Under the pieces are notes generated by a model, which saw nothing but the letters and a program-made list of their open reading frames with translations, ran no database searches and was not told where the DNA came from. Positions 11,601 to 24,500 of a stretch of 64,000 nucleotides of DNA are shown in pieces. A program made the translations under genes and the position numbers. Origin of the DNA: Acanthaster planci (Eukaryota); assembly GCF_001949145.1 (NCBI RefSeq), contig NW_019091357.1, positions 4,364,228 through 4,428,227 of the forward strand. The letters are read 5' to 3'. Positions within the stretch are counted from its first letter, which is position 1. Each line of letters starts with the position of its first letter.

Positions 11601-14600
11601 ACAGACAACAAGGTCTCCACCTGTGCAGCTCTCTGGCGCATCCCGTCGGACGCCGACCCGGCCGATCAAGACCCAGAGATTCAGGACGACTCCACCACCT
11701 ATGCCAGGCCCCTGGAGGTGCTGTGCCGCTTTGACAACAGCGACATTGGCAATGTGATCAGGTAGGCTAAATCCTGCTTCACTGCCAGGTTCAACAAAGC
11801 AATTGAGCAGGCTTTGAGAAAGGATCTTCCGGTGCAAAGTACCAGCCAAAGGAGCAATCCAGCCCTTTGTAAGGTAGTCTCTCTGTTCAATGTATTTTTA
11901 GTGGGTATTTGTCAAACTGCATTGCCATCGGGTTAGGGAACATGTCCACAAGTCCATTGCCACCAGGATGGGAAACAAGTCCATCAGTCCCAGCAACTTT
12001 CTTGATCAGACTTCCTCAGTGGGTGTAAACCTCCAGTGAAACAGTTTTAACACCTTGATCCATTATTCGTACTGAATGTTAACTGGTCTTTCGATGTCCA
12101 TGCAGTGTTTTGTGGGAACCCCAGGGGAACGGAAGCAAAGCTCTCTCCGTATCAGACAACCACCTGACGAAGTGGGATTTGGAGGCCAGCGACAGTGAGG
12201 CTAAGGTGAGTGCAGCTTGTCTTTCGCTCTGCTCTTACTAAGTGCATTCCCTGAGTAACCCACATCATTACAGGCTCCTTGTGCAAAGTCGAGAGGACCT
12301 TTTTAGCTACCAATGGCATCCCTAGGGGCTATTCACCACATGCTCATGCTTATCTGCACATTAATTGCACTGGTGTGACAGCACCAATGCATTCGAGTCA
12401 AGAGACAACCTTTCCCTCCATGGCCCGTTAGGGGGTACTTTAGCACCAAGCCTATAACTTCATAACTTTCCCTCCTACGGTGAAATGCATTGCCATCTGT
12501 AGATCAATATTTCAAGTAATGTGCATTTTTATTTTGTGCCCTTATTGTATTTTTCTCTTGTTCTCGCCCTAACCAATTATATCCTTTATAACGTGGCTTC
12601 GGGGGTGAAAAAGTGGACATCCCCAAGTGTGATGTTTATCTGTTAAAAAAACCCAAAAACTCTCAGGTGAGTGGACTTCATGCCATCGACGGTGACCTTA
12701 TGTAGCTGCTTGGCTCTCACCTGGATATGCAGCATGGTCACGGACAGTGGGCTGAAAACATGTTGCCATCGAGCCTGGCGAAAGCTTGCAAAACCTTTGT
12801 CTCATTATTGTTCACTGATTTATCTGCAAATTGAATCTCCTCTTGATTCGTAGCAACAATTTTCCTCTAAATCCCCTAAAAACTTCTACACAAGAAGTTT
12901 CAAAAGACAACAGCCCCTTTCCAAGGTTGACTTATTACAATGGAAAGAATTTCTTGAACAAAGGTGTTCTATCAGCTCCCTGAAGAAAAAGATTTTTGCA
13001 GGCTTTGACCTTAGCACTAGACTGGTGTACAGTTCCTAGGAAAATCTGCTGCAGGCTAGTAAAATGCATTTTGTAACTTGCCCGGCGATTTAGTCAAGAA
13101 ATGTTTACCTGTTTGTCTTATTTGTAAAGATGAATAAAACAAATATGAAATTGATTTTCCGTGTTGTTCATTAAATTGTAACGGTTCTGAATCCTCCACA
13201 ATTAAGTTTTAAATTTGGCAGCAAGACTTCACAGTTATGGTTGAAATAACGAAGTCAAAGTTAGTTAAGCTAAAACATGTCCAGTGGGTCAGTGAAAATT
13301 TCTGTAGGCTTTAAAAAATAAAAATTAACTTGCCTGGTGGGCTACTGGAAAAAAGCTCAAGGTCAAGGCCTGATGCTGGCATCTTTTGTACAAGAAGTTA
13401 GAGAATTTCAGCTTTGAAGAAAGATTCTTTGGAGATTTGAAAAATTAAGACTCATCGAGCTTTTGCCATCCGCAATGAAACATAGGTTTCCAGCTCTGTT
13501 GCCCTGGAGAGCAAAGGTCATCCAAAGTTCACCGCAGGTCGATGGAACCCGCACCACAACAACACCCAGGCAGCTACAGCCAATGACACCACCATACGGG
13601 GCTGGGACCTCCGAACAATGAAGTAGGTTACCCCGTCATCTCCACGAATTCATCCTAATGTTTCTTCTTTCCTGTCCAGTCCAGTAACCTTAATCCCTAG
13701 GGCATATGTAAAATCGTATTGAAGTCAGTGGATTTAGTCTCTTGGAACCAGCCACCATGACTGCACGTGAGGCTTAAGGCCTTGGTAGTGTTAATATGTG
13801 AAGGAGATGCCATAAGATCGTTTACAGATGGTGTGACTTTTTAACACTCACCTGTTGAGTGCTTTTAAGGGATGGCGTGATTTGTCTGAGAATTAAGTTC
13901 CGTATAAGGTTAAGGGGTGTCTGAAAACAGCAGCCCTTGTCCTTCCTTTTGAGTTTGCACATTTTCTCTAATTTATGCCCAAGGCATAGTTGTCACATCG
14001 TCGTAACAGTCTGTATGTACCTATATCATATGCCATGGCTTTTACTCTCCCTTTTTTTGTGTTCAATCAACAGACAGTGCTATACAATTGAGAATGCCCA
14101 TGGCCAACTCGTGCGGGACCTGGACTTCAACCCAAACAAGCAGTACTACCTAGCCAGCTGCGGAGACGACTGCAAAGTCAAATTCTGGGATGTCCGGAAG
14201 ACGGAGTCCCCTGTACTGACACTCACCGATCATTCCCACTGGTGAGATCATTAAGTATTGTTTATATATATACATGTACATTGTATATATGTTCATCCAA
14301 CTGCGCATTTAGCACCAATTACAGGATGAAGTGACAGTTAAGGAGACAATGAAGAAAGGGTCAGTTTTAGAGGTGGGAGGAAATCCCCAGATAAATATTC
14401 CAGGGAAACCCACAGAATCAGGCAGGGACTGAAAACCCAATCCACATGCTGACGTAGGTGGGATTTGAACCCAGGTCGCAGTGGTGGAAGGTGAGGAAAG
14501 AGCCACTCCACCAACCTTACTCCCCTTCGTCACTGTTTGACTCGGAGGAGTCGGCTGCAGGTTGATATTGCCTTTAACCCCAACCAAATCTTTTGAAACC

Positions 14601-15540
14601 CAACACTTTGCCCAATCCAGCACCTGGGTTTTGCAGCATTTTGAAGGATTCACGACTGTTACTTTGCCTCGGCCATGATGCCCCAACTTTGGCGTAGTAC
14701 AGAGAATGTGCCATTGGTTTACTGAGTTCAACAACCACACCCATTCATCTTGTACTTTATTGATCAACTCAAGAGGTATCCCCACTTGGAGTAACCATTT
14801 TTAACACACTACAGTGGAGACTGAACTGCAACCAGTTCCATGACCAGCTAGTCTTGTCCTCCAGCTGTTGCTGTGTGGTCACATCTTGATGGTGCACCAT
14901 AGTGCAACTCACTCACACATTTCATGCATTTCACATTTGCAGGGTATGGAGTGTGAGGTACAACCAGTTCCATGATCAGCTAGTCTTGTCCTCCAGCAGT
15001 GACAGCAGGGTCATCTTGACCAATGCTACCTCCATCTCCTCTGAGCCCTTTGGCCATCTGGATGAAGATGATGATGACAGTGAGAAAGAGGAAGACGCAG
15101 AGACAAAGTGAGTAGCTTAGCCATTTCTCCTGTGAAGTGTACCCCTGTAGTCTTGGTGCTGGACGCTACTATGTGTAATGGATTATTAGTTCTGAACCGC
15201 TATCACAATAGATCTAGTTTAGTAATATTTGTGTATGATAGCAGTTCACGCATTATCGTCATCATCAATAAGTTTTAATCTATTACAAGCAGTAGTGTCT
15301 TGCACCAAGACTAACATGCCTCAGAGTTTGGCTCCATGTATATTTCTTTGTTGTCTAAACCACAGGCCCAAAGAGCCAATCAAGGATGGGCTAATCGCCA
15401 ACTACGAGGAACATGAGGATAGTGTGTATGCCGCAGAGTGGTCTACGGTCGACCCCTGGCTCTTCGCCTCACTCAGTTACGACGGCCGACTGGTCATCAA
15501 CAGGGTCCCCAAGGCCGAGAAATACAAAATTTTGTTATGA
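8657..15540 (+). CDS. EIPR1: EARP/GARP-interacting protein 1 (EIPR1/TSSC1), WD40 protein, complete, 388 aa; join(8657-8698,10030-10113,10948-11080,11599-11761,12106-12205,13486-13622,14074-14241,14943-15107,15366-15540)
   Basis: Starts [14 protein letters not shown], contains [34 protein letters not shown], ends [29 protein letters not shown]. All junctions are GT-AG and in frame (1167 nt). Confidence 0.97.
9664..10010. mobile_element. MITE-like element with ~90 bp imperfect TIRs
   Basis: 9664-9752 is an approximate reverse complement of 9921-10010. Both contain CCCGGCAAAAGGACGTAAG-type subrepeats. Confidence 0.7.
10030..10113 (+). CDS. EIPR1: EIPR1 exon 2 (ARALTAQ...[14 protein letters not shown])
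   Basis: TAG acceptor, GTAGGT donor, 84 nt. Confidence 0.95.
10948..11080 (+). CDS. EIPR1: EIPR1 exon 3 ([11 protein letters not shown]...TTCYNK)
   Basis: AAG acceptor, GTAGGT donor, 133 nt. Confidence 0.93.
11599..11761 (+). CDS. EIPR1: EIPR1 exon 4 ([15 protein letters not shown]...IGNVI)
   Basis: CAG acceptor, GTAGGC donor, 163 nt, phase 1/2. Confidence 0.92.
12106..12205 (+). CDS. EIPR1: EIPR1 exon 5 (VLWEPQGNG...[11 protein letters not shown])
   Basis: CAG acceptor, GTGAGT donor, 100 nt, phase 2/0. Confidence 0.93.
12999..13372. mobile_element. hAT-like MITE
   Basis: TIRs CAGGCTTTGACCTT and AAGGTCAAGGCCTG (1 mismatch). No clean target-site duplication. Confidence 0.6.
13486..13622 (+). 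CDS. EIPR1: EIPR1 exon 6 ([25 protein letters not shown]...GWDLRTM)
   Basis: TAG acceptor, GTAGGT donor, 137 nt, phase 0/2. Confidence 0.94.
14074..14241 (+). CDS. EIPR1: EIPR1 exon 7 ([22 protein letters not shown]...DHSH)
   Basis: CAG acceptor, GTGAGA donor, 168 nt, phase 2/2. Confidence 0.96.
14334..14525 (-). mobile_element. tRNA-derived SINE, copy 2
   Basis: B-box GGTTCAAATCCC on the minus strand. Shares CAGAATCAGGYAGGGACTGAAAA and GGTGGGAGGAAA blocks with copy 1. Confidence 0.8.
14943..15107 (+). CDS. EIPR1: EIPR1 exon 8 ([23 protein letters not shown]...EDAET)
   Basis: CAG acceptor, GTGAGT donor, 165 nt, phase 2/2. Confidence 0.95.
15366..15540 (+). CDS. EIPR1: EIPR1 exon 9 to stop (PKEPIKDG...YKILL*)
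   Basis: CAG acceptor, TGA stop at 15538-15540. Confidence 0.96.
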
Positions 15541-16276
15541 ATGGAGCTTACTTATGATACATGTGACGAGGTGACAATTCTGTTGGCTCTCTGCACTGTA
15601 AACCCAGTGGAGTCTTGTTTGGTAGACGCAGGGACCGAACGTCTGTTGGAGGATAGTTATTGTGGGGACACAAAAGGTTGTGACGACACACCAAAGTTCT
15701 AACAGAGAGAGACCTAAACAGTAAACAGAATCACTCTCCCACGACATGGTTCAGCCTCACTTTGTGTTATCTGAAGTTTGTATGATCCGCGAATATCGCT
15801 GTCCATTCCTTGGTGGCCGTCCATTCCTGATTGTTGACTGATATGTGAACCAGTGAATGGTTGAATTGGTTATTGGTACCATGTTCTATTTGTTTGGCAC
15901 CCCAATCTACAGTCCACAAAACCTCTGTGCTCTCCCCTGTTGCACAGTGCCGGATTGGGATTAAATCCCTAAAAATTTAAAATGTCAACCTCATCAGCTT
16001 TTGGAAGAGGGACATTCTTGAATGGAGGTTAATGTTGGTCAAGAAAGGGATAGCCCCGCCCCCCACCCTCACCCCCAAACACCAGCCAGGTGTGCAGAGA
16101 TTGTTACATTCGACTTAACTGCTGATATTGCAACAAGCTGGTTTCCCCTCTAACATTTTCCCAAAGAACCTCACCCAGTTTCAGTTAACAGAAAATGCTG
16201 TCTTGTGCCCGCCTGCATCTATCTTTATTCTTCTTGTACCACCTGATGGGAACCTGCCGTGGACTCTTTAGGTGAT

Positions 16277-16402
16277 AATAAAGATGATACATAATGCTGA
16301 CTGTCCCTGTGGCTCACTTGATGGCATATAATTATATTATTGTTGCTATGTAAAAAGTGCTTGTTGATATTGAATGTATGCAAATGAAACATTCCTAATA
16401 AA
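16277..16402 (+). terminator. Candidate EIPR1 polyadenylation signals
   Basis: AATAAA at 16277-16282 and 16397-16402. The second is followed by T/GT-rich sequence. Confidence 0.5.
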
Positions 16403-17693
16403 TTGATGAATTACATGAAACAGTTTATGTTGTTACAATGTACTTCTGATTGGTGCTTTATTTAACTCTGTAGTGAGCAGGAATTAGTGAGCAGGAGTTC
16501 TGTTTTGCATTTTGGCCTGAGCTTCCCCTGTGAGAATCAAACTTGAGAAATGCACATTGGTGTGATGTGGCTTCGATAGAATCGCGTGCCCACCCGCTTA
16601 TTTTTTCTCAAATTTGTCTTTCTAATTTGGGGACAACTGATAGGAATGGGAACAGACACAAATTAAGTGATTAGCCACTCTTTTTCAATCAAAAGTGAAG
16701 TTTTTGAAAAAGCATGTCTGGAATGGGATGTGGGCTTGTCACCTCTTGATAAATCCGACCGTTCGACTCCCCCCAGTGCCCCACCTCATCCGCCGAAGGA
16801 ACTTTTAGCTCGTAGGTCAGTGTCAATGACCAATCTCCTAACAGCTCACTCTTTTCTCAGAAAAGTTCCTGACTTAGCCTGCGTACATTTGGATGTGCTG
16901 TTTTAGCCTTCAGATTCGAAACTTCTATGAAGTGGCACTTTTCGCAGGAAATAAAGTGTAAACTGTTTACTACAACAGGCACATCGTTAATTTTTGTTGA
17001 GGTTGTACCCACGTGCTCCATCTGGACGTTGAGACAGAACGGGTGGAACTAAACATTGGAATAAAGGTGAAAGGGAACAAAGAATAGCAAAGCAAATTGA
17101 AAAAGTTATTTTTAAAACTTTTAATCTGGCCTGATAAATGTTTGAGATGTTTACGTATTTACTCTACTGCAGCCTGCTGAGACAGTTAGTAAATTCTGTT
17201 AATTAATAAATGATTGATATTAATTTCTTGTTAATGTTAATTAACATTAACAATTATTTAGTAAAATCTGCTTTGAATCTGCTTTAGTAAAAATGTGCTT
17301 TGAATAATGCTGATTCATTGAATGCCGCTTGTTGATGGTAATAGTAAGTACTGATCATCAAGCCAACCTCTTCTGTGACGTCAAACTTACAAATTACAAC
17401 TTAAAAGTTTAACAACAAATATTTCAAGTGGCCAAAATTATTGAAACATTTTACGGCATCAGAATTGTGACTATGGACAATAAGAAACGTATCATACAGA
17501 GCACTCGTCCTTCGAACCCCCGACTCTCAGGTCATGAATTACAACATTTTCTTCATGTCTTTGTCATATATCACGAAAGGTTTCACTAGTATGTTAATTA
17601 AATAAAAATTAGGATTTGCACGATTTGCTCAATCTAAGGCTGCAATTCCCCCAACAAAAGTGCATTAGCAGATTGGGGAGGGGGTATTTCGGC

Positions 17694-18003
17694 CATGGGC
17701 GTCAATCAATTTTCGAAGGGGGCGGGAATAACTTTGACATACATTAACGGTAACTAGAACGCGAAGAACGATACCCTATTTTGGATTCTAGATTGTTATG
17801 GTGCAATTTGAGGCAATTTCTGCCCACTTACACTGTTTTTAAGGATATGTTTTTGCAAGATTTATTAAATTTTTCAAATAATTTTACGCAGAATATGTTG
17901 GCCTACTCCCCTATACTATGCAGGGTCCAGAAAAAAGTGGAAGGGAGCAAATTATGATAGTGGAGGACAGGTCCCCCTTGCCCCCTAACGATTGACGCCC
18001 ATG
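17694..18003. mobile_element. hAT-like MITE, apparently nested in an older element spanning about 17662-18244
   Basis: Perfect 14 bp TIR CATGGGCGTCAATC/GATTGACGCCCATG. TTTCGGC is repeated on both flanks. Outer element ends CCCCCAGTTACGCCACTG at 18244. Confidence 0.7.
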
Positions 18004-18568
18004 AATTTTCGGCACATAGAGGAGCCCATAAAGACCCAGTAGATGGTGTTCCGCTTTTGCCTTCGTGCACAATGGCATAACTGACGTTAAACGTCTGGGG
18101 CACCCAAGGGGTGCACACATTTTTTCAAGGGAGCACCACAAGAAAATAAACTGCAGCTGCATAGCTGTATAAACTCAACGGAAATTATTTGTAGATTTCC
18201 TAGGGGGACGTCCCCCGTGCCCCCCTCCCCCAGTTACGCCACTGTTCGCGGTCCGTTTTGTTTGTTTGTTTGTTTTTCTTTCGGCTCCACCCGCCCTCGT
18301 CTTACTGCGCATCCACATATTCTCCATTGTAGTCGAGTCTACCGCGAGTCCCGTCCTAAGTCCCCTCAAGACCAGTAACAAGTAACAAGATGAACAACGA
18401 CAGAGGAATGCTTTTGTGACAATTCGTTTGAATAAGTTTGTGCCGGACTCGGCTACAACACTGAAATTCTTCTCCCATTACGGCCTTGCCTGTTGCAGTC
18501 AGAGCGAATCTATTTCGGGTTTCACTGCTCGTTTAGATTTAGATTTTAAATTTTAATCGAAGGACATC

Positions 18569-18586
18569 ATGAATACATTCCACGGG
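18569..18586 (+). CDS. Candidate first coding exon A (MNTFHG) of the Myt1-like gene
   Basis: atcATG preceded by a CpG-rich leader from about 18290. Donor GGG|GTAAGG, phase 0, matches exon at 26102. Confidence 0.5.
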
Positions 18587-21500
18587 GTAAGGTTTGTAGC
18601 ACACTGTGATTCCAGATTCCAGATCATTTTCAGGAGGTTGATGAGTATACACTTATGTTCTGGAGCGCTGCTCCGTAAACCCACGCCCTCCCGCCCATTC
18701 TCGCCACTTGCAAACCCCGCCCTTATCAAGCGTATAAAAAACAGTATCTTGGAATGTGTTTGTGTTCAGAGAACAATGGGGAACTGGAATGCAATCATTG
18801 TGACAAAGTGTTAAAAAAGTCCCCATTCAGCGCAGGATTTGGCATTACAGTATGGGAGAATCAAGGGGGTCAATGGACCATATCCCTCAGCCATATTTTG
18901 TGGGCGAAAAATAATAAGAGAAAGACAAATTAGGGGCCTATTTTATGCCCCCCTTCCAAAAAGCGTCGAAAATGCCCAAAATGTAGCAGAAAGGCCACAA
19001 AAGGATACGTGAGAAAAAATGCCCTCAAACAATTCCCCCCGCAACTTAGTTCTGGATCCAACCTTGTATTTTGAAGTGAAGGCTCTGCTCACTGTCATAC
19101 CGCCCACTTCATCATCAATGCGACGACTGAAACTAAGTTTACTTTACGGGGTGAGAACGCACTAGAGATGCACCAGCGGCGGACCTTGTTCAGCTGGGGT
19201 TGTGCAGCCACACACGGCCAGCCCATCACAGAACGAAGAAGTCTCGGTTGTTTTGTTGGCCTTTGCGCCCTCGCAACTATCCCAACTATTCGTGGCTCGC
19301 AAACCCAACGCCACGGTTTCAACTCCAAATATGTCCGGGGAACCCCGTCTTCTTGGCACGCCTGGGATGTGGGGACTCGGACGCGGGCACTCGCAGAGTC
19401 GTACTCTGAAGGGTTCACCACGGCAGATCATTTGAGTTGATTTCAGCTGGGGTTTGGCGAGAAAACTATGCTTTTCTTCGCCGGCACCACATGTACCTAC
19501 TAGCTGCGTGTAGAACTCTGTTCGCACCCTGGAATGCACAATTACTTTACTAAGTTTAGTTATCATGAACTTAACAAAACGTCTCTATTGAACTTCTCTT
19601 AACAACATCACGTTATTGGTTACGAACGCTTCACGTTCTGGTTTCAGAATTTCGACCACCAATCACCAAAGAGTTAATTTGAAACAAATAATTGAATGAA
19701 AAGATAGTAAAATTGTTTTCAATCAAGGAGAGATTCAACGAGTCCGAATACTTTGTCAGTAATGATATAATTAGGTCTCTTTGTGGGCGGGGTTTGGATG
19801 TTTGGGAGTTAGTCATGAATAGATAGGAATTCATTTGGAAGACAGTTGTAATCTGATGAGCTTAGCCCATGGTTCAATGGTTCCAAACTTGGGCCAATGA
19901 CACTCAATTGTGACGGGTCGGGGGTGGCACTGTGACCCCTTGAAATGATTGAGAGCTTTTCTGTCTTCAATGGAACCCCATCGGATAACAATTGTCTCCC
20001 AGGCCATCAAACACTGAAATCAAAGCTGACCGATACCGGACCAGCGTTTAGTCGCAAAAGATAGCACATCTCCAGAAACACCAGTAAGGCTAGACGTTAA
20101 TAAGAATCAACCAAAAAATACCCCTGAAAAAGGAAAAAAATTAGCTGACAAAATTCCTTCAAATCAGGTTCGAATTTTTATTCCAACACTCGATGCCCTC
20201 AATTTTTGTCTCTCTTTCTTCCTGCAAGACTTGTTTAGGATATTGCTTAACCTAAGTAACTGAGTAATTCTCAGTAAATCTAAATCTATATTGACGTAAA
20301 ATAACAACACGCTCCAGACAAGGTCAGATAACAAAGTTGAACTATTAAGAGAAAGAAAATCCTTGAAAATTTTCAGTTTTGTTTTGCTTAGTATTAAGTT
20401 TCTCTCTCTTCCCCTTATGTTCTTATTACAAAGGACAGGAAACAGAAAAACACACAAATGTAAATTTATTCACAGAAACCTAAGTTCGTGGAAGTTTCAG
20501 TTTCCCTATGCGCTCTCTTTTTTTGTTAGAACCTGGTCAACCCATGTGGCAGACCCACAAAAGAAGTTTGGTGGCTAATTGATTCGAGCATGCGCAGTAA
20601 CTTCGAAGTAACTATTATGGGATAAGTTTTGCAGTGTAGCCAGAAAAGTTTCAGTACGTGCAGTATGCGGTAGGTCAAATCACATGCTAATGATAACGGA
20701 GATTTTCTTGCATTATCGAAGCTACTTCTTGGCCGAAACCTTGCTTAAGCTGGCACTGCTTATACGTTGAGTATCTTCAAAGGATCAGGTGGGTGTCTGG
20801 GGCGTCCAGTGTTGAATTTTGAGAACTTTCAAGGGTGTTTTGTTCAGTTATAGTCGGGTTGTAACGTAGCCACGCACTAACGCATGGCGAAGTTTTTGTG
20901 TTGCGTTATCGTGCACATTGTTGGGTCATGTGGTTAGAACGCGGCAACGTGTCGTGCAGGAACTTTAGAAACTGTAGTACACCAGACTTCAAACTTAAAA
21001 TAATCCATTGTTAGATCATTTTCTCCCGCGAAACCTATGTGAATGTGGTGTCTGTTAAATGTACCTTAGTACTGGGGGCTGTTTTGCCCGCAGTTGACAA
21101 ATTTACGGAGTTTTATGCAGTGACAAGTACGCTTTGAGTTCAGTGGAATTCTTGTCCGTTTAGAATTCGTTGCCATACATTGAGCACAAAATACACAGGC
21201 AAGAAATGGACCAAACCATTGCAGTTGTAAGGGGTGTTGTCTCAACCCTCCAGTAGAAAAGCGCTAAAGTTAACAACTACGCCCCCAAGATATTTTCTTG
21301 AAATTTGACATCAGATTTACACAACAGACCAATTGCTATTTAAAGTTGATATTGGCCTTCACTGAAGGTTTATTTTGGTCCTTGAAATCCCCAGCAGGTT
21401 TTATTTTGGCCAGCTGTCCCTCCATCATTGCTAGAAACTTTTTGTTAGGGATCCCTGCAAGCATGTGGTGAATTTGACCAGCATGCACAGAACTTCAGAA

Positions 21501-24500
21501 GTACACAATGTACATGTACTGTATTTCAAACCAAACCGCAATTTTTTTAGCGGTCATGAAAATAATGGTGCTGCTCTGAAACTATTTTGCCGTGCATGTA
21601 ATCTCTGTGACATTTGTGAAAAAACAGAACTCGGCATGTTTTGCTTGTGTTGTGGATAATTCCTTCGACTTGAAAGCTTCATCTATTTTTGGCGGTTGCC
21701 AGCCCAGCAGTTTGGTTTCTTTGTTGGTAGTGCTTGTTGGCTGGGGTCTATTGTGTTTCACAAGTCTTTGTTCTTTACATTTTCGGAGCACCTGCCCTCT
21801 CCAAAGTTGACTTAAAGTGCACTTTCAAATTAGATTAGAAAGAAATGGAGGGGATGGTGGATTTGAACTGTGGCATTTTTTGATCAACAACTTGCACAGT
21901 GTTTTAGGAGCCTTTGAAAAACCCTCCAGAAATTGTCTGTCAGATTGCCCATTTGCTTTAAAACAGCAACTCCCTATTTGACGTTATTTTGATCTGTGTG
22001 GGTAATGTGGGGAAACGTGGCACGTATACAATACTTACGTGATTGTGATTTGGGCCTGTATGTAACTTTACAAAACTCTGTGACAGGTCGGCTTACATGT
22101 ACATGTAACATTTTGATCCTCTTCAGTGTACAAGGACATGTTAAAATTGTGTCTCATAACAAATGGTTTTAAAATGCAGAATTCTTAGGTATATATACCT
22201 CAGTAAATTCAAACACCCCGTGTCTGAATTCTTGGCCCTCTATAATGTAAGAGTTGTTTCTTATTAATATTTCCAACCCAGATTTGTCAGTGTATACAGT
22301 GATAATCGTTTCATTCACCTGTCCAGTCTTTCTGGGCAGACTCACATGTACAGGCACTTTATTTGAACATACACACGGTGTGCATAATTGTGCCCGAATA
22401 ATGAAATTAATTTGACGTTCCACTGAATCTACAAAAAATCACCCTTAACAACTAAAAAGTTTTTTTTTCTCCATAGCACGTTTGTCCAGGAATTAAAAAA
22501 CTTTAACACATCTATTAAACACTGGTAAATTACAAATATCCAAGATATTAATTATGCATTTGTATTTTGGGAAGTTGAAATTGAGGTTAGTTCAAAGTAT
22601 TTTATAAAAGGGAGAAATAGTGCGGATCTTGCGATAATTAGTGATTAAAATTTCATTTGGTCTTAAACCTCAACACTTAGGATCTAGGATTCATCATGTA
22701 TTTTCGCTTGTGATTAAGCATTAAAAGTCAAAAGATTCATCCATTTATGCAGCCAGTCACTCCCGTTTATGTGGATATCACAAGCAGTACATGTACATGT
22801 ACCCATCGTCTGAGTCCTGTCAAAAGCCACGTGCATGCCACTTTCAACAAGTTTTAAAGAAGAACCATAGTTTTTAAGTTGATTATACGCTTTTGCAACC
22901 AGATTATTGCCCGTTTTGGTTTTGTTAAACTTGCTAGTTTTCAGTGACAGCAACTAGCAGTGGGAACGCCTGGCACATGTACATGTATGTACTTTTGGAA
23001 AGTTTAACATTTTCCTCCCTGAATAGCTCCGCATGCACATGTTGTCTTCTTTATCAAATGACCTTGCATCTAATCCTTAAGTCTCCACATATGTAGGTAT
23101 TAAACTACTGAACATTACTACAGCAAACTTCACAATGCCAAGAATGCAAGACAGGCATGTGAGGCTTGTGCCATGTATGACCACGTGCATGATGTGACTT
23201 GCCTCATCTTGGTACCAGGAAGTTTTACAAATATTCAGTCAGGATTGAGTGCTTGCATAATACACATGTAACTGTACTACAGCCTTTCCACTGTGTTGTT
23301 ATCATGAATAGCAAGTTTGTTTCTCTATATATTCCAGCAACAGGAAATGAGTACGAAAAACAAAAGTGCCCTGCCCATTGTGAAGTGAACTTATAAATCA
23401 TGTATCTACCGAGGTCCTGGCACGAGAATGCCTGCATGCTTAACATGAGTTTGTTACCAAGTGCAGTGTGTTCCAGGTTGTTACTTTACATACGCTGAAC
23501 AAGTGAGCTTGGTTGAGACTCTGATCCTGGAGGTCTCAAGGCCTTGAGAGATTGAGCTGTACAAATAAAAACCTACTTAAAAAGCTCAGGATAGTGAAAA
23601 TGTTTCGCTTCTAGTTGGTTTTATACTCTTTGTTTAAGTTCCGTGGTAGTTCTGTTTCTGCTGAAAGCAAGACCGTGTTTGTTGAAAAGGAAACATTATG
23701 TTTGAAAGTTCTCTGTAATTATATTCAAGCAACAGGAAATTTTGAAAGTTTCAAACATCATGTTTCTTTTCAAATTGAAACTTATTTTTGTGGTTTAAAT
23801 TTTCGTTGGATAGAACAACTGATTTTCTGCAAACTCTCTGCTTGATAAGCTGCCTTAGAATTTCGCCATGGCTCGTTGCTAAACTTTCTCAGTGAGCACT
23901 TGGAAAAGTTAAGGCCAGTTGCTGTAAAAGAACCGTGTACCAAGAAAACTTCCCTTCAAGTTTAACAAGCAAAGTTATTACTAATCAAATAAACATTTGA
24001 GCTGGGCATTTTTGGAATTTGGAGTATGTAAATAGGAAGTGAGTGAAGTTAATTCTCCTTCTCCCAAGTCTATTTGTGGGATGGCTTCTTCACCCTTCCA
24101 AAGTTTCCAACGTGCCACAGCCCGAGGTGAGTGCACGGTTTGACCTTAACAAATGTGCGATGCATTTGGGTTGGGACCGAAACAAAAAATAGCTCACATG
24201 CTTTTCTTCTGGGGAGTCTTTTTTGCAGTTTGCATGTACATGTACTACCTCTGATGTTATAAGGTGGAAACGGTTTTTGTGTTCCAGTTTTTGGTTCTCT
24301 GCCTGGACATGTTTGTGTCACTAGTTGCAATACTTTCTGATCTAGTTTACTCATCTAGACGTCCTTATCCACCTGTACACCCACGCCTTGTGTAACTTGT
24401 ATATATGTACGTGTACCGGTACTTAACTGTACAAGCCGATACTTAACAGCACAAGCTTCCCTGAGCTTTCCTTTTTGGAATCTGAGACGAGGCCAACTTC

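Noticed and set aside
15940..16130. Possible decayed SINE in the EIPR1 3' UTR
   Set aside because: Similarity too weak to support by eye, and no second copy in the window
19095..19566. ORFs of 108 and 134 aa as a separate protein-coding gene
   Set aside because: No recognisable domain, and no single frame spans the candidate exon. Kept only as a possible non-coding feature.
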